Source of the DNA: Syntrophales bacterium
GTDB lineage: Bacteria > Desulfobacterota > Syntrophia > Syntrophales > UBA2210
Assembly: GCA_963662405.2 (NCBI GenBank)
Contig: CAXXKT010000001.1
Coordinates: 1,184,001 to 1,248,000, forward strand
Length of the DNA stretch: 64,000 nt
Reading direction: 5' to 3'
Numbering within the stretch: the stretch's first letter is position 1; every line of letters starts with the position of its first letter. The notes under the pieces were generated by a model that was not told the origin of the DNA, ran no database searches, and worked only from the letters and a program-made list of their open reading frames with translations. Shown in pieces: positions 1 through 10,394 of this stretch. A program made the position numbers and the translations under genes.

Positions 1-127
1 TCGATTTCTCTCTGTGACATGTCGTTCGCGGGAACGGGTACGGCTGGCTTCCAGCGGGCACTGTGCCGCACGTGAAACGAGTAATATATCAGATGAGAAG
101 ATACAAAAATCGAGGAGGAGAGCACTG

Positions 128-1477
128 ATGAAGGAATTTATAAAGATGTGTGAGGAATGTAACCCCGGTGAACAGGAATTTCTCCAAGCCGTTGCGGAGG
201 TAGCGGAATCGGTCAAACCCGTTCTTGAAAAACATCCCGAGTACCGCAAGGCAAAAATACTCGAGCGAATGGTCGAACCCGAGCGGACGGTAATCTTTCG
301 GGTTCCATGGGTGGATGATCAGGGAGAGGTACAGATCAATCGTGGCTACCGGATCGAAATGAACAGCGCCATTGGACCGTACAAGGGAGGATTTCGCTTT
401 CATCCGTCCGTGAACCTGAGCATCCTCAAATTTCTTGGCTTTGAACAGGTGTACAAGAACGCTCTCACGACACTGCCGATGGGTGGTGGTAAGGGTGGAT
501 CGAACTTCGATCCGAAGGGGAAGTCGGATCTGGAGGTCATGCGGTTTTGCCAGAGCTTTATGAGTGAGATCTTCAGGCACCTGGGACCGAACACGGACGT
601 CCCGGCTGGCGATATCGGGGTGGGAGCACGCGAGATTGGCTACCTGTTCGGTATGTATAAGAAGCTTCGGAACGAATTTACCGGCGTTTTGACGGGCAAG
701 GGGCTCGAGTGGGGTGGCAGTCTGATTCGTCCTGAGGCGACGGGGTATGGTGCCGTCTATTTTGCGGCGGAGATGCTGGCCCGGAACAACGAAACGCTGG
801 AGGGGAAAACCTGTCTCGTGTCGGGATCGGGGAATGTTGCACAGTTCGCCGTTGAGAAGATACTTGAATTGGGCGGCACAGTGGTGACACTCTCCGACTC
901 GTCGGGTTATATCTATGATGAGAAAGGCATTACCCGTGAGAAGCTCGATTACGTAATGCATCTCAAGAACATTGAGCGGGGCCGCATTGCCGAATACGCC
1001 CAAAAATATCCCGAGGCGGTCTACACACCGGTTGACCCGAACCTCGGGTATAACCCGCTGTGGAGCCACAAGGCCCACTGTGCGTTCCCCTGTGCGACCC
1101 AGAATGAGATTAACGGGAAAGATGCACAGAACCTGGTTGACAATGGTATCTTCCTGATCAGCGAGGGGGCAAACATGCCCACCGTACCGGCGGGTGTTGA
1201 TATATTCCTCGAGCACAAATTGCTGTACGCGCCGGGCAAGGCGGCGAACGCCGGTGGCGTATCGGTGTCGGGTCTGGAAATGACACAGAACAGTCTCCGG
1301 TTGAGTTGGACGCGCGAAGAGGTTGATAACTATCTGAAGAGGATCATGAAAGATATTCATGCCGCCTGCATCACCGCGTCTGAAGAGTATGGCGATCCGG
1401 GCAACTATGTGGCGGGCGCGAATATCGCGGGATTTGTGAAGGTGGCCCGGGCCATGATGGCTCAAGGCGTCGTGTAA
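128..1477 (+). CDS. gdhA: NADP-specific glutamate dehydrogenase
   Basis: GPYKGGFRFHPSVN, PMGGGKGG, DVPAGDIGVG, SGSGNVA and PGKAANAGGV motifs; AGGAGGAG RBS before ATG at 128. Confidence 0.97.
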   Translation: MKEFIKMCEECNPGEQEFLQAVAEVAESVKPVLEKHPEYRKAKILERMVEPERTVIFRVPWVDDQGEVQINRGYRIEMNSAIGPYKGGFRFHPSVNLSILKFLGFEQVYKNALTTLPMGGGKGGSNFDPKGKSDLEVMRFCQSFMSEIFRHLGPNTDVPAGDIGVGAREIGYLFGMYKKLRNEFTGVLTGKGLEWGGSLIRPEATGYGAVYFAAEMLARNNETLEGKTCLVSGSGNVAQFAVEKILELGGTVVTLSDSSGYIYDEKGITREKLDYVMHLKNIERGRIAEYAQKYPEAVYTPVDPNLGYNPLWSHKAHCAFPCATQNEINGKDAQNLVDNGIFLISEGANMPTVPAGVDIFLEHKLLYAPGKAANAGGVSVSGLEMTQNSLRLSWTREEVDNYLKRIMKDIHAACITASEEYGDPGNYVAGANIAGFVKVARAMMAQGVV

Positions 1478-1509
1478 CATCCCAGTAATATTTTCTGAGG
1501 AGTGAGGCG

Positions 1510-1800
1510 ATGCCATCACGAAGAGCAAAGGCTGCAGCTAAGATTCAGATTGATAATGAACGTGTCATAATCACTGAGTGGCGATTTGCACCCGGAGCAG
1601 AAACCGGCTGGCACAAACATGACTATGACTATATTGTTGTTCCAGGTATGGACGGAAACCTACTTCTTGAAACCAAAGAGGGTGAAAGCATTGTTAAGCT
1701 GAAACGAGGCCAATCGTATTACAGGCCCGTTGGGGTGGAACACAATACTGTAAATGCGAATGCTTTTGAATTCTACTTTGTAGAAATTGAGTTGCGATAA
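1510..1800 (+). CDS. Cupin-domain protein
   Basis: WRFAPGAETGWHKHDYDY...GVEHN cupin metal-binding pattern; GAGG RBS. Confidence 0.85.
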   Translation: MPSRRAKAAAKIQIDNERVIITEWRFAPGAETGWHKHDYDYIVVPGMDGNLLLETKEGESIVKLKRGQSYYRPVGVEHNTVNANAFEFYFVEIELR

Positions 1801-2135
1801 CTATTAAAAGAATTGAGCAGACGGCGAAATGAATATTGCCGGATTTCTGTGGGATTTTTTACCAGACCTCGTCGGCATGCTGCATCTAAGCGACGCCGTT
1901 GCTCAACGCGGTGATCTACCGGTGGCGGTTCATCTTTCTCCTTCCGTGACCGCCGCCGGTTTTTGGGGATACGGCAGGTGTATACAGGTAAAAACCGGCG
2001 TCTCCTGCCGGAGCGGCATTTACTTGCATACACAGGGTCTCCTGCCATGAGGTCGTGACCTGTTTTTTGCACCTGTACTGATCATCCGAGACAGATGTTG
2101 GTAATGAGTACTGTTGGGTGTGTTTGGGGGTTAAA

Positions 2136-3485
2136 ATGAACGGTGTTTCTTCAACGGTTTTTGGGATTGACAGAGATCTGCATGATGCCTCCGCCGTATT
2201 GATCGTCGACGGACAAGCACACCAGATCCCCATGGTCACGGGGACCATGGGGGAGCGGGCACTCGATATCAGTCGTCTCAGGAGTGACACGGGCCTGATC
2301 ACACTGGACACGGGATTTGCGAATACGGGAAGCTGCGAAAGCGCCATCACCTATGTCGATGGCGAGCGGGGGATATTACGATACCGGGGAATCGATATCC
2401 AGGAGCTTGCCGAAAAGTCTAGCTTCGTTGAAACAGCATATCTTTTGATCAACAACGTCCTCCCCACAGCGGGCGAACTGAGTTCCTTTTCGGATCTGCT
2501 CACCCGGCATTCGCTCGTTCATGAAAATATGATCGATTTTTTCAGACATTACCCACCGCGGGCTCATCCCATGGGTATTCTTGCCTCCATGGTGAATGCC
2601 CTGAGCGCCTTTTACCCGGATCTCCAGGCTGAAACCGCTGTGGAGGGGATCAATATCACCGTGGCGCGCCTCCTGTCGAAAATGAGAACCCTCGCTGCCG
2701 TATCCTATAATATCTCTATCGGGCACAAAGTCATCTACCCCCGATACGACCTGAGTTACTGTGCTAATTTTCTCTACATGATGTTCGACACCCCCGTGAA
2801 AAACTATGTCATCGATGAAGACATAGTTCAGGCCCTTAATGTATTTTGGATACTTCATGCCGATCACGAGCAGAATTGCTCGACGACGGCAGTCCGTCTC
2901 GTGGGAAGCGCCCGGGTGAATCTTTACGCGGCAGTGGCGGCGGGTATCTCAGCCCTGTGGGGTCCGCTCCACGGTGGGGCCAATCAGGCGGTCATGGAAA
3001 TGCTGCAGGACATTGAACAGGCAGGTGGTGACATACAGCCGTTTATCGCCAGGGCGAAGGATCGGCATGATCCCTTCAGGCTCATGGGGTTCGGCCATCG
3101 TGTCTATAAAACCTATGACCCGCGTGCGACAATCATGGAAGAGATATGCGAGAAGGTCCTGGATAAATTGAGCATAAACGATCCGCTGCTCGATACCGCC
3201 CGGAGGCTGCGCGACGCCGTTGCCGGCGATTCCTATTTTGTGGATCACAATCTCTACCCGAACGTGGATTTCTACAGCGGTATCTTCCTGCGAGCCATTC
3301 GGATTCCCCTCAGCATGTACACCGTCATGTTCGCCATTGGACGGTTGCCCGGATGGATCGCCCAATGGAAAGAGAGCCTCGATGATCCCAAGCGCAAACT
3401 GGACCGGCCCAGGCAGGTGTATACGGGTATTGAAAAGAGTGTTTATGTTCCCCTGGAAAACCGCCGCGACCCGAACCGGATATGA
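2136..3485 (+). CDS. gltA: Citrate synthase (type II-like)
   Basis: LHADHEQNCST, LWGPLHGGAN, GFGHRVYK.YDPR and YPNVDFYSG motifs; start uncertain (GTG 2118 or ATG 2136). Confidence 0.96.
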   Translation: MNGVSSTVFGIDRDLHDASAVLIVDGQAHQIPMVTGTMGERALDISRLRSDTGLITLDTGFANTGSCESAITYVDGERGILRYRGIDIQELAEKSSFVETAYLLINNVLPTAGELSSFSDLLTRHSLVHENMIDFFRHYPPRAHPMGILASMVNALSAFYPDLQAETAVEGINITVARLLSKMRTLAAVSYNISIGHKVIYPRYDLSYCANFLYMMFDTPVKNYVIDEDIVQALNVFWILHADHEQNCSTTAVRLVGSARVNLYAAVAAGISALWGPLHGGANQAVMEMLQDIEQAGGDIQPFIARAKDRHDPFRLMGFGHRVYKTYDPRATIMEEICEKVLDKLSINDPLLDTARRLRDAVAGDSYFVDHNLYPNVDFYSGIFLRAIRIPLSMYTVMFAIGRLPGWIAQWKESLDDPKRKLDRPRQVYTGIEKSVYVPLENRRDPNRI

Positions 3486-3602
3486 TCGATTCGTTGCCCG
3501 TTTTTCCCCTCTCGCATCTGACAATGAGGATTGGGGAAAGGGTGCGGCTCCTCCGATCCATTTCTTTTTTTAAATGTTTTCGCCTGAAGGACAAAGGGAC
3601 AA

Positions 3603-3631
3603 TTGACGAAAAAGCGCGCAACGGCTATGAT
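3603..3631 (+). promoter_or_regulatory. Sigma70-type promoter
   Basis: TTGACG-17 nt-TATGAT; both hexamers are identical in the copy at 13238-13266 while the spacer has diverged. Confidence 0.8.
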
Positions 3632-3662
3632 GCAAAAAGGTTATGCGGAGGGTGTGTGATTG

Positions 3663-3908
3663 ATGAAAAGAAAATCGTCCATAGGGGTATGGGTGTGTCT
3701 GGTTTTTGTGTGTCTCATGCTGGGAGCCACCGTGTTCCCCGATGGAGTCCTGCTGGCTGCCGACGAATCGTTGCATGTTGTTGATGCTGCGGGAGATGCC
3801 GTTGAGCAGGGTGTGACCAGCAAACAGGTGACCCTGCTGCGTATCCTCTCGGTACTTGCCATGGCTGTTTTTCTTGTATGGTATATTCGAAGAAAGATGA
3901 AGTTGTGA
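3663..3908 (+). CDS. Small membrane protein with hydrophobic segments at both ends
   Basis: GGAGG RBS; hydrophobic N- and C-terminal stretches followed by RRKMKL; lies directly downstream of the promoter. Confidence 0.6.
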   Translation: MKRKSSIGVWVCLVFVCLMLGATVFPDGVLLAADESLHVVDAAGDAVEQGVTSKQVTLLRILSVLAMAVFLVWYIRRKMKL

Positions 3909-3918
3909 GGAATTGCAC

Positions 3919-4377
3919 ATGAGAAGAAAAGACAAGGAGATCAAAGATCGGGCCGCGATTAATTCGATCATTGCCCGTGCGGATGTCTGCCGTTTGGCTT
4001 TGTCCCATGATAATAGCCCCTACCTGGTGCCGCTCTGTTTCGGGTATGATGGAACCAGTCTGTATTTTCACAGTGCAAAGGCGGGGAGGAAGATCGATAT
4101 TCTTCGCCAAAATCCGGAGGTGTGCTTTGAGATGGCTGTTGATTGCGAGCCTGTAAAAGGGCCGCAGTCATGTGATTGGACGATGCGTTTTATGAGCGTC
4201 ATCGGATTCGGCAGGGTTTCATTCATCGATGACAACGAAGAAAAGAAAAAAGCCCTGAGCGCCATATGTGCACAATATTCAGATTCCCCCTTAACGGGAG
4301 ATACGAAGAAAATCGAGAAGACCCTTGTTTTCAGGGTGGACATTACGGATATGTCTGGTAAAAAATCAGGATATTAG
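3919..4377 (+). CDS. Pyridoxamine 5'-phosphate oxidase-like FMN-binding protein (NimA-like)
   Basis: MRRKDKEI, PYLVPLCFGY, LYFHSAKAGRKIDIL...NPEVCF, SVIGFG and SGKKS motifs. Confidence 0.9.
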   Translation: MRRKDKEIKDRAAINSIIARADVCRLALSHDNSPYLVPLCFGYDGTSLYFHSAKAGRKIDILRQNPEVCFEMAVDCEPVKGPQSCDWTMRFMSVIGFGRVSFIDDNEEKKKALSAICAQYSDSPLTGDTKKIEKTLVFRVDITDMSGKKSGY

Positions 4378-4472
4378 GTTTTGTTTCCTCGCATGGCTTT
4401 CAGGGATTGTATCACTCGGACAGCAGTGCACCTTTGCTCAGAATCGGCAGCTTTTGATGAGGGAGGAGCTTC

Positions 4473-4634
4473 GTGAAGAAGTATTATCTTTTTGTCTTTG
4501 TTGTTTTAGGCACAGCGGACATGATATATGGTTTCGTCAAACCCGATCGTCTCAGTGTGCTGATCGGCGCCATCATAGCCTTTGTCGCCCTTGCGGTCTT
4601 CTATAAACGGGTGAAGGCGGAAAAAGAAGATTGA
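4473..4634 (+). CDS. 53-aa two-helix membrane microprotein, copy 1 (not in ORF track)
   Basis: GGAGGAG RBS, GTG start, MKKYYLFVFVVLGTADMIYGFVKPDRLSVLIGAIIAFVALAVFYKRVKAEKED; paralog at 13451 has the same length and frame. Confidence 0.8.
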   Translation: MKKYYLFVFVVLGTADMIYGFVKPDRLSVLIGAIIAFVALAVFYKRVKAEKED

Positions 4635-5377
4635 ATGACGAAGTGAAGGTGCCGTCAACAAGCGGGAAAGGCAGTCCGTGTCTTGGTACGCTGGGTGTTC
4701 GGTGAATATATGGTGCAGGAGGCAATCTCCGTCCTGTTTCTAACAGAATAAGATTTCGATATTAAACATGTTTATCATATTCACGTTTTTGCAGACTCAT
4801 CAGAGCCACCGCGTGCAAGCGCATATTACGTCAACATCCTCCTGATAAAGGTCTGCACGCAGAACGTGACGCACGTCCTACCATCCGTCTCAAGCTGATA
4901 CTCGCAAACGCCCTGTTTTGGTTGCTGTCAACTCGTAACAGGCCAAAGACATTCCTGGAACAATGCTGACGCTGGATACTGCGGATAGAGAACTCCGGAG
5001 AACGACATTTCCGAGCCCGCTTAGTATTTATTCATCCCACAAAACTCCAGGCTCCTGTATGGAGATGCAGTAAAAGCCAAGCAGGTTTAAACCTGCAATC
5101 CAACGAAGTCCCCAACTCCTGCCAAGTGAGTTTCATGTGCCGGAAAGATTTCACCGGTCGGCGTTCCCCTCTCTATAATTTCCATGTATGACAAACATGG
5201 ATACTTCTCGTTCTGCATATCGTAGGACTATCCGAAGCCTGCGATGGAAAGTTCGAAAATTATGATTGAAGAAGAGAGACTTCACATGCCGAGGGCACGT
5301 GGAGGTGCCGTTCTCTCTTATATCGAACATCGGTTAGTGTGATTCAGGGTGGCAGGGATTCGGTGCATTGGAAGGAC

Positions 5378-5604
5378 AGTGCAATATTGCACTATAGTGC
5401 CATGCCGCATTATTTCGTGGACACGGTGCTTCCCTTTGCATTTCAAAGTGTTAGAGGGGGCCGGATCATCGGCAATGCATTTATGCAATATATGACATAA
5501 GTGGATTGCCCTCGAAGCCCTTCGGCCGAATTCCACTATCTGCCTGTTATTATAGCCCTAAAATGTCTCAAGTGCAGGGATTGACAGGGCGGTATGAATG
5601 TTGC
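5378..5604 (+). promoter_or_regulatory. Sigma54-type promoter with upstream palindromic activator sites
   Basis: GG-N10-GC (cGGTATGAATGTTGC, 5590-5604); perfect palindrome AGTGCAATATTGCACT at 5378-5393; IHF-like TTTCAAAGTGTTA at 5441-5453. Confidence 0.6.
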
Positions 5605-5808
5605 GTGAGGGGAGCGTGAGGTCGGTTAGAAAGCGCCCTGATTTTTTAAATCTCAAAACAAATAAAAGGAGGAGCTGAGTCAAGAAAAAGTCTGGAAAAT
5701 CCACCGTGGTACCGATGGCCCCTATCAAAAAGTAAATAACCGGTGTTGAAAGGGATGTCTTTGCTTTATTCGGATAGCATACACAACACGAAGAAGGAGG
5801 AGAGTATT

Positions 5809-7038
5809 ATGAGAGGAAAGCATATTTTTTTCATTTTCTGCCTTTTGTTATTCGCGGCAATTGGATTTATGCCCGGTTCATCCACGGCGGCCGAGCCAGT
5901 TAAAATCGGCTTTGTCTACATTATGTCGGGTCCCGCAGCGACCTATGGTCAATTTGCGAAAAAGGGAGCAGAGCTTGCCCTTGATGAGATCAACAAAGCG
6001 GGAGGAATCAATGGGCAGGAGGTCGAAGGACTCTTTGAAGATTCCACGGGAAAACCCGACGTCGGCCTTCGCGTCATGCGAAAACTGGTATTCCAGGAAA
6101 AGGTAAAGGTTCTTATCGGCCTTGATTCAAGCGGTGTTGCCAAAACGGTCGTCCCTTCGATCCCGCAGTTGAAGGTACCACTCATTATCACCCATGCCGC
6201 CACCCCGGATGTCACCGGGTCGGTCTGTAATCGGAACGTCTTTAGAATCGCCTTAAACCTCCGTCAAAATGTCAAAACCGCATCCTTGATAGCAAAAGAA
6301 AGTGGTGCAAAGAAGTGGAACACCATCGGCCCTGACTATGCTTTTGGCCACCAATCATGGGAGTATTTTCAGAAATATCTGAAGGCGGAGATGCCTGATG
6401 CGACGTTCGTATCGAGTGACCAGGCGGCCTTCCCTCCCACGAAGACAACCGATTTCAATCCTTATATCAACAAATTAATGCAATCGCATCCTGATGGGAT
6501 CCTCGTATCGCTCTGGGGCGGGAATCTGATAGATTTCATCCGTCAGGGGAAGGAGTTGGGCCTCTTTAATGGGCAGTATCAGATTCTCTGTACGCTCGGC
6601 GCGGCCACGGAGGTCTTGAGTGCTCTCGGTGACAAAATGCCCGAAGGGATATGGGTTGGAACTCGATACTGGTTCCTGGCCAATCCGTCTGAAAGAAATA
6701 AAAAGTTCGTTGAAGCATACTGGACCCGCTATAAGGAATATCCCTCGTATAATGCGCACGGGGCCTATGCCGCGGTCTACGCGTATAAGGCAGCGGTTGA
6801 AAAAGGGAAATCCACTGATACGAAGGAGGTCATAAAAAATCTTGAAGGATTGACGGTAGAGATTCCGGCCGGTGTTGTGACCATCCGCCCCGAAGATCAT
6901 CAGGCCATCACCGATGCACACTGGGGTATAACGGCCGCTGATCCGAACTATAATATCAGAATCCTCAAACCGATGAAGATCTTGAAGGGCGCGGACATTA
7001 CGCCGCCGGTGGCCGACACAGATTGCACGATGAAATAA
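5809..7038 (+). CDS. Liv/HAAT-family ABC transporter substrate-binding protein
   Basis: Signal peptide; VKIGFVYIMSGPAATYG, EINKAGGING and PDYAFG motifs; AGGAGG RBS. Confidence 0.92.
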   Translation: MRGKHIFFIFCLLLFAAIGFMPGSSTAAEPVKIGFVYIMSGPAATYGQFAKKGAELALDEINKAGGINGQEVEGLFEDSTGKPDVGLRVMRKLVFQEKVKVLIGLDSSGVAKTVVPSIPQLKVPLIITHAATPDVTGSVCNRNVFRIALNLRQNVKTASLIAKESGAKKWNTIGPDYAFGHQSWEYFQKYLKAEMPDATFVSSDQAAFPPTKTTDFNPYINKLMQSHPDGILVSLWGGNLIDFIRQGKELGLFNGQYQILCTLGAATEVLSALGDKMPEGIWVGTRYWFLANPSERNKKFVEAYWTRYKEYPSYNAHGAYAAVYAYKAAVEKGKSTDTKEVIKNLEGLTVEIPAGVVTIRPEDHQAITDAHWGITAADPNYNIRILKPMKILKGADITPPVADTDCTMK

Positions 7039-7108
7039 GGAGCCAAAGAGGCAGAAAAAAAATCACAAAATTCATGGATGAGAAAAACTGTTCGATAGGA
7101 GGATACCG

Positions 7109-7969
7109 TTGGAAAATTTTGTCATCAATCTACTCAACGGCCTGAGCTGGGGGATGCTCTTGTTTCTGATATCGGTTGGATTGACCACCGTCTTCGGTGT
7201 CATGGGAGTGCTGAATTTCGCCCACGGTTCGTTTTTCATGCTCGGTGCGTACATGTGCATGCAGATTATGCACATCGTTCCCTCGTTCTGGATTGGCCTT
7301 ATCGTTGGTCCAGCTTCAGTTGCCCTTTTAGGCGTCGTTATCGAACGGTTTTTGCTCAGGAAAGTATATGGCAGGGAAGTTGCCTTCCAGTTGCTTCTCA
7401 CGTTTGCCATACTTCTGGTTCTGGATGACGGAGTCCGTTTGATATGGGGGCCGGGCTATCACGTTGTTGAAGCGCCTGCACTGTTAGCCGGGATATTCCC
7501 TCTTTTTGACAATTCCTACCCGGTGTATCGCTTGTTTCTGGTGATAGCCGGTCCCACTATCGGTTTGGCCCTCTGGGGCTTTTTCAGATTCAGCAAATGG
7601 GGAAAGATCATACGAAGTGCCTCTTCGGACAGGGAAATGGCCGAAGGAATCGGGATACGGGTACCGTTGCTCTTTACCTTGGTATTTGCTCTGGGTACAT
7701 GGCTGGCGGCGATGGGAGGTGCCCTCGCCGCCCCACACCAGAGCCTCGCTCCGTCAATGGGAGAACGGATTATCATAGAGAGTTTTATCGTTGTGGTAAG
7801 CGGAGGAATGGGCAGTTTCCCGGGTGCGTTTATCGGGGCACTGGTTCTCGGTCTTTTTGAATCATTCGGCACCGTCTTTCTCGGCAGGGTGCAGATGGCA
7901 GTCCCCTATATTCTTCTTGCCGTTGTCCTGTTGGTTCGTCCGTACGGTCTTTTTGGTAAGGAGGTCTGA
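7109..7969 (+). CDS. livH: Liv-type ABC permease (LivH-like)
   Basis: GLTTVFGVMGVLNFAHGSF, GGMGSFPGA and RPYGLFG motifs; TTG start. Confidence 0.9.
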   Translation: MENFVINLLNGLSWGMLLFLISVGLTTVFGVMGVLNFAHGSFFMLGAYMCMQIMHIVPSFWIGLIVGPASVALLGVVIERFLLRKVYGREVAFQLLLTFAILLVLDDGVRLIWGPGYHVVEAPALLAGIFPLFDNSYPVYRLFLVIAGPTIGLALWGFFRFSKWGKIIRSASSDREMAEGIGIRVPLLFTLVFALGTWLAAMGGALAAPHQSLAPSMGERIIIESFIVVVSGGMGSFPGAFIGALVLGLFESFGTVFLGRVQMAVPYILLAVVLLVRPYGLFGKEV

Positions 7970-7970
7970 T

Positions 7971-8942
7971 ATGGAAGGGATAAACCGCCAACGCACTCAG
8001 ATGCTGGCATGCGTCTTCACTTTGGCAGGCATGATCGTGCTATCCTTTATCTTGCCCATTTATGCGATCATGGTCATGACGGAGATTCTCATCATGGGTT
8101 TTTTCGCCATGAGTTTCAATATCATATTCGGATATACCGGACTTCTTTCATTCGGACAGGCGGGGTTTTTCGGTGTCGGTGCATATACCACCGCACTGAT
8201 CATTATGCACGGGGGACAATCACTTATCCTGGCAGTAGCGGCAGGCGGTGTAACTGCGGCAATCGTGGCTGCGGCGATTGGGTTTTTGTGTGTTAAACGA
8301 AATGAGATCTATTTCGCCATGATCACCCTTGCCTTTGGTATGATGCTCTATACGATAGCCCACAACTGGATTCAGGTCACCGGCGGAAGTGATGGGCTCC
8401 CCCTGATGAATATACCGTCCCTGCATCTATTGGGGGCTGAAATATCCCTTTTTGAGCCTCGAAACATGTATCTGTTTGTCTTGGCAGTGACATCGCTTGG
8501 CATCTACTTTATGTGGCGCATTGTCCGTTCTCCCTTCGGCCTGATGCTGACGGCAATCAGGGAGAACATGGAACGACTTTCGTTTGTCGGTTCGAACGTC
8601 AAGGGGCTGCGCCTCTGGGCATTCATCATAGCGGGTGCCATGGCGGGAGTCGCGGGGAGCCTCCTCTGTATTTTCAATTCCATGGCAACACCCGACTCCA
8701 TGCATTGGAGTGCCTCCTCGCGCCCGATTCTGATGACCGTTCTTGGGGGTTCGGGCATATTCTTCGGGCCAATGCTGGGGGCCGTTATCTTTTTTGGTCT
8801 TGAGCAGGTGATAACCAATGTGACGGAAAACTGGATGATCATTCTGGGTATTCTCCTGATCCCTGTTGTGATATTTTTCCCGCGAGGGATCTTGGGAACC
8901 CTAGTCCACTGGGTGAACAAGAAAAGGGAGTTGCGAACATGA
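7971..8942 (+). CDS. livM: Liv-type ABC permease (LivM-like)
   Basis: GYTGLLSFGQAGFFGVGAY, YFAMITLAFG, TGGSDG and SPFG...AIREN motifs. Confidence 0.9.
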   Translation: MEGINRQRTQMLACVFTLAGMIVLSFILPIYAIMVMTEILIMGFFAMSFNIIFGYTGLLSFGQAGFFGVGAYTTALIIMHGGQSLILAVAAGGVTAAIVAAAIGFLCVKRNEIYFAMITLAFGMMLYTIAHNWIQVTGGSDGLPLMNIPSLHLLGAEISLFEPRNMYLFVLAVTSLGIYFMWRIVRSPFGLMLTAIRENMERLSFVGSNVKGLRLWAFIIAGAMAGVAGSLLCIFNSMATPDSMHWSASSRPILMTVLGGSGIFFGPMLGAVIFFGLEQVITNVTENWMIILGILLIPVVIFFPRGILGTLVHWVNKKRELRT

Positions 8943-9709
8943 CGACGGAGCCGATACTCAGGATTGAAAACCTCGGGCATTCATACGGGAAATTCATGGT
9001 GATCCGCGACATATCTCTCCAAGTCAGCGGAGGAGCGATTTCGGCCCTTATTGGTCCCAATGGTGCGGGGAAAACAACCTTTTACAATGCCGTCTCCGGT
9101 CGATTTAAACCGACGAAAGGCAAGGTCTATTTCCAAGGCGATGAAATTACCGGCCTGCCGGCCCACAAGGTCGTGCCGCGGGGGCTGCTCAGATCATTCC
9201 AGATAACCAATATCTTCCCGGAGCTGCTGGTTATCGAGAATGTGATAGTTCCTCTCGTCGTTCACCATGGAAAAGCACTCTCCTTTTTCAGGCTCCTTCG
9301 GAAGGAGAAGGAGCTGTATCAAAAGGCGGAGGAAGTCCTCGATAAGATCGGCATCTTGGATCAAGCGTACCGGCCGGCAAAAGAGCTGGCGTATGGGGAT
9401 AAACGGCTGGTGGAAATGGCTATCGTCCTGGCGCGTGATCCCAAGCTTGTTTTGCTTGATGAACCAACAGCAGGCATGAATCCTGAGGAAACAGACCGGA
9501 TGATTTTCCTCATCAAGGAACTGGCCGAGCGATTTGGAACCACCTTTTTTATCACCGAACACGACATGAAGGTGGTCTTTTCCGTTGCATCCAATATATT
9601 TGTACTGCACCAAGGTGAATTGCTTGCGCAGGGCGATCCGGCGGCGATCAAATCCAATGCAGAGGTTCGTGAGGCTTATCTCGGAGGAACGGCAGATGAT
9701 AAAGGTTGA
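8939..9709 (+). CDS. livG: Liv-type ABC ATPase (LivG-like)
   Basis: GPNGAGKTT, LLDEPTAGMNP and VREAYLG motifs. Confidence 0.92.
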   Translation: MTTEPILRIENLGHSYGKFMVIRDISLQVSGGAISALIGPNGAGKTTFYNAVSGRFKPTKGKVYFQGDEITGLPAHKVVPRGLLRSFQITNIFPELLVIENVIVPLVVHHGKALSFFRLLRKEKELYQKAEEVLDKIGILDQAYRPAKELAYGDKRLVEMAIVLARDPKLVLLDEPTAGMNPEETDRMIFLIKELAERFGTTFFITEHDMKVVFSVASNIFVLHQGELLAQGDPAAIKSNAEVREAYLGGTADDKG

Positions 9710-10394
9710 GGATATCCACGTATATATTGGTGACAGCTATATACTCCAGGGCGTGTCATTAACGGTGAACCCGGGAGAAATCGTGTGCCTTCTCGGGAGA
9801 AACGGGGCGGGCAAGACGACCACGATGCGCAGCATCATGGGCTACACGCCTCCGGCTCGGGGGACCATAGAATTTGACGGAATGGTGATCACCCGGAAGC
9901 CCGTTTATGAAACCGTTCGGCAGGGTGTCGGGTATGTACCTGAGGATCGAAGGATCTTCCCCGACCTTACAGTCGAAGAGAATCTTGAAGTTGCCGAGTT
10001 GCCGGGGCGGACGGGACACCGAAGCTATACCAGAGAATATGTCTTCGACACTTTTCCGATGTTGAAACGTCTCAGGTTCCGGCAGGGTGGAGCTCTCAGT
10101 GGCGGGGAGCAGCAGATGCTGGCTATCGCGCGAGCACTGATGGGAAACCCGAAATTGCTCCTCCTGGACGAACCGTGCGAGGGCCTCGCGCCTGTGGTCG
10201 TTGATGAGCTGGGGGTGGTCATTTCCGATCTGAAAAAGGAAATACCTATCTTGTTGACGGAGCAGAATGCCCATTTTGCTTTCGGTATTGCCGACAGAGG
10301 ATATGTTATCGACAAAGGTCGGGTGCGTTATGAAGGGTGCATTCAGGCACTGACCAATAATAAAGAAATCCAGGACCGATATCTTGCCGTCTAA
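9696..10394 (+). CDS. livF: Liv-type ABC ATPase (LivF-like)
   Basis: GRNGAGKTT, VPEDRRIF, LSGGEQQMLAIARAL and LLDEP motifs. Confidence 0.92.
   Translation: MIKVEDIHVYIGDSYILQGVSLTVNPGEIVCLLGRNGAGKTTTMRSIMGYTPPARGTIEFDGMVITRKPVYETVRQGVGYVPEDRRIFPDLTVEENLEVAELPGRTGHRSYTREYVFDTFPMLKRLRFRQGGALSGGEQQMLAIARALMGNPKLLLLDEPCEGLAPVVVDELGVVISDLKKEIPILLTEQNAHFAFGIADRGYVIDKGRVRYEGCIQALTNNKEIQDRYLAV

Larger units (their letters stand above)
3432..4634 (+). repeat. Copy 1 (intact) of a duplicated block: gltA 3' end, promoter, 81-aa ORF, NimA-like gene, 53-aa ORF
   Basis: Collinear similarity to 13065-13612 in five separate segments, aligned by eye. Confidence 0.9.

Noticed and set aside
89..1528. 479-aa ORF antisense to gdhA; similar shadows at 10877-12187, 29904-31277, 49184-50428 and 50337-51920
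   Set aside because: They mirror well-supported genes on the other strand, have no motifs of their own, and are expected from GC-rich codon bias.
1829..2050. 73-aa ORF between the cupin gene and gltA
   Set aside because: No clear RBS or recognisable motif; it may be a remnant but cannot be supported.
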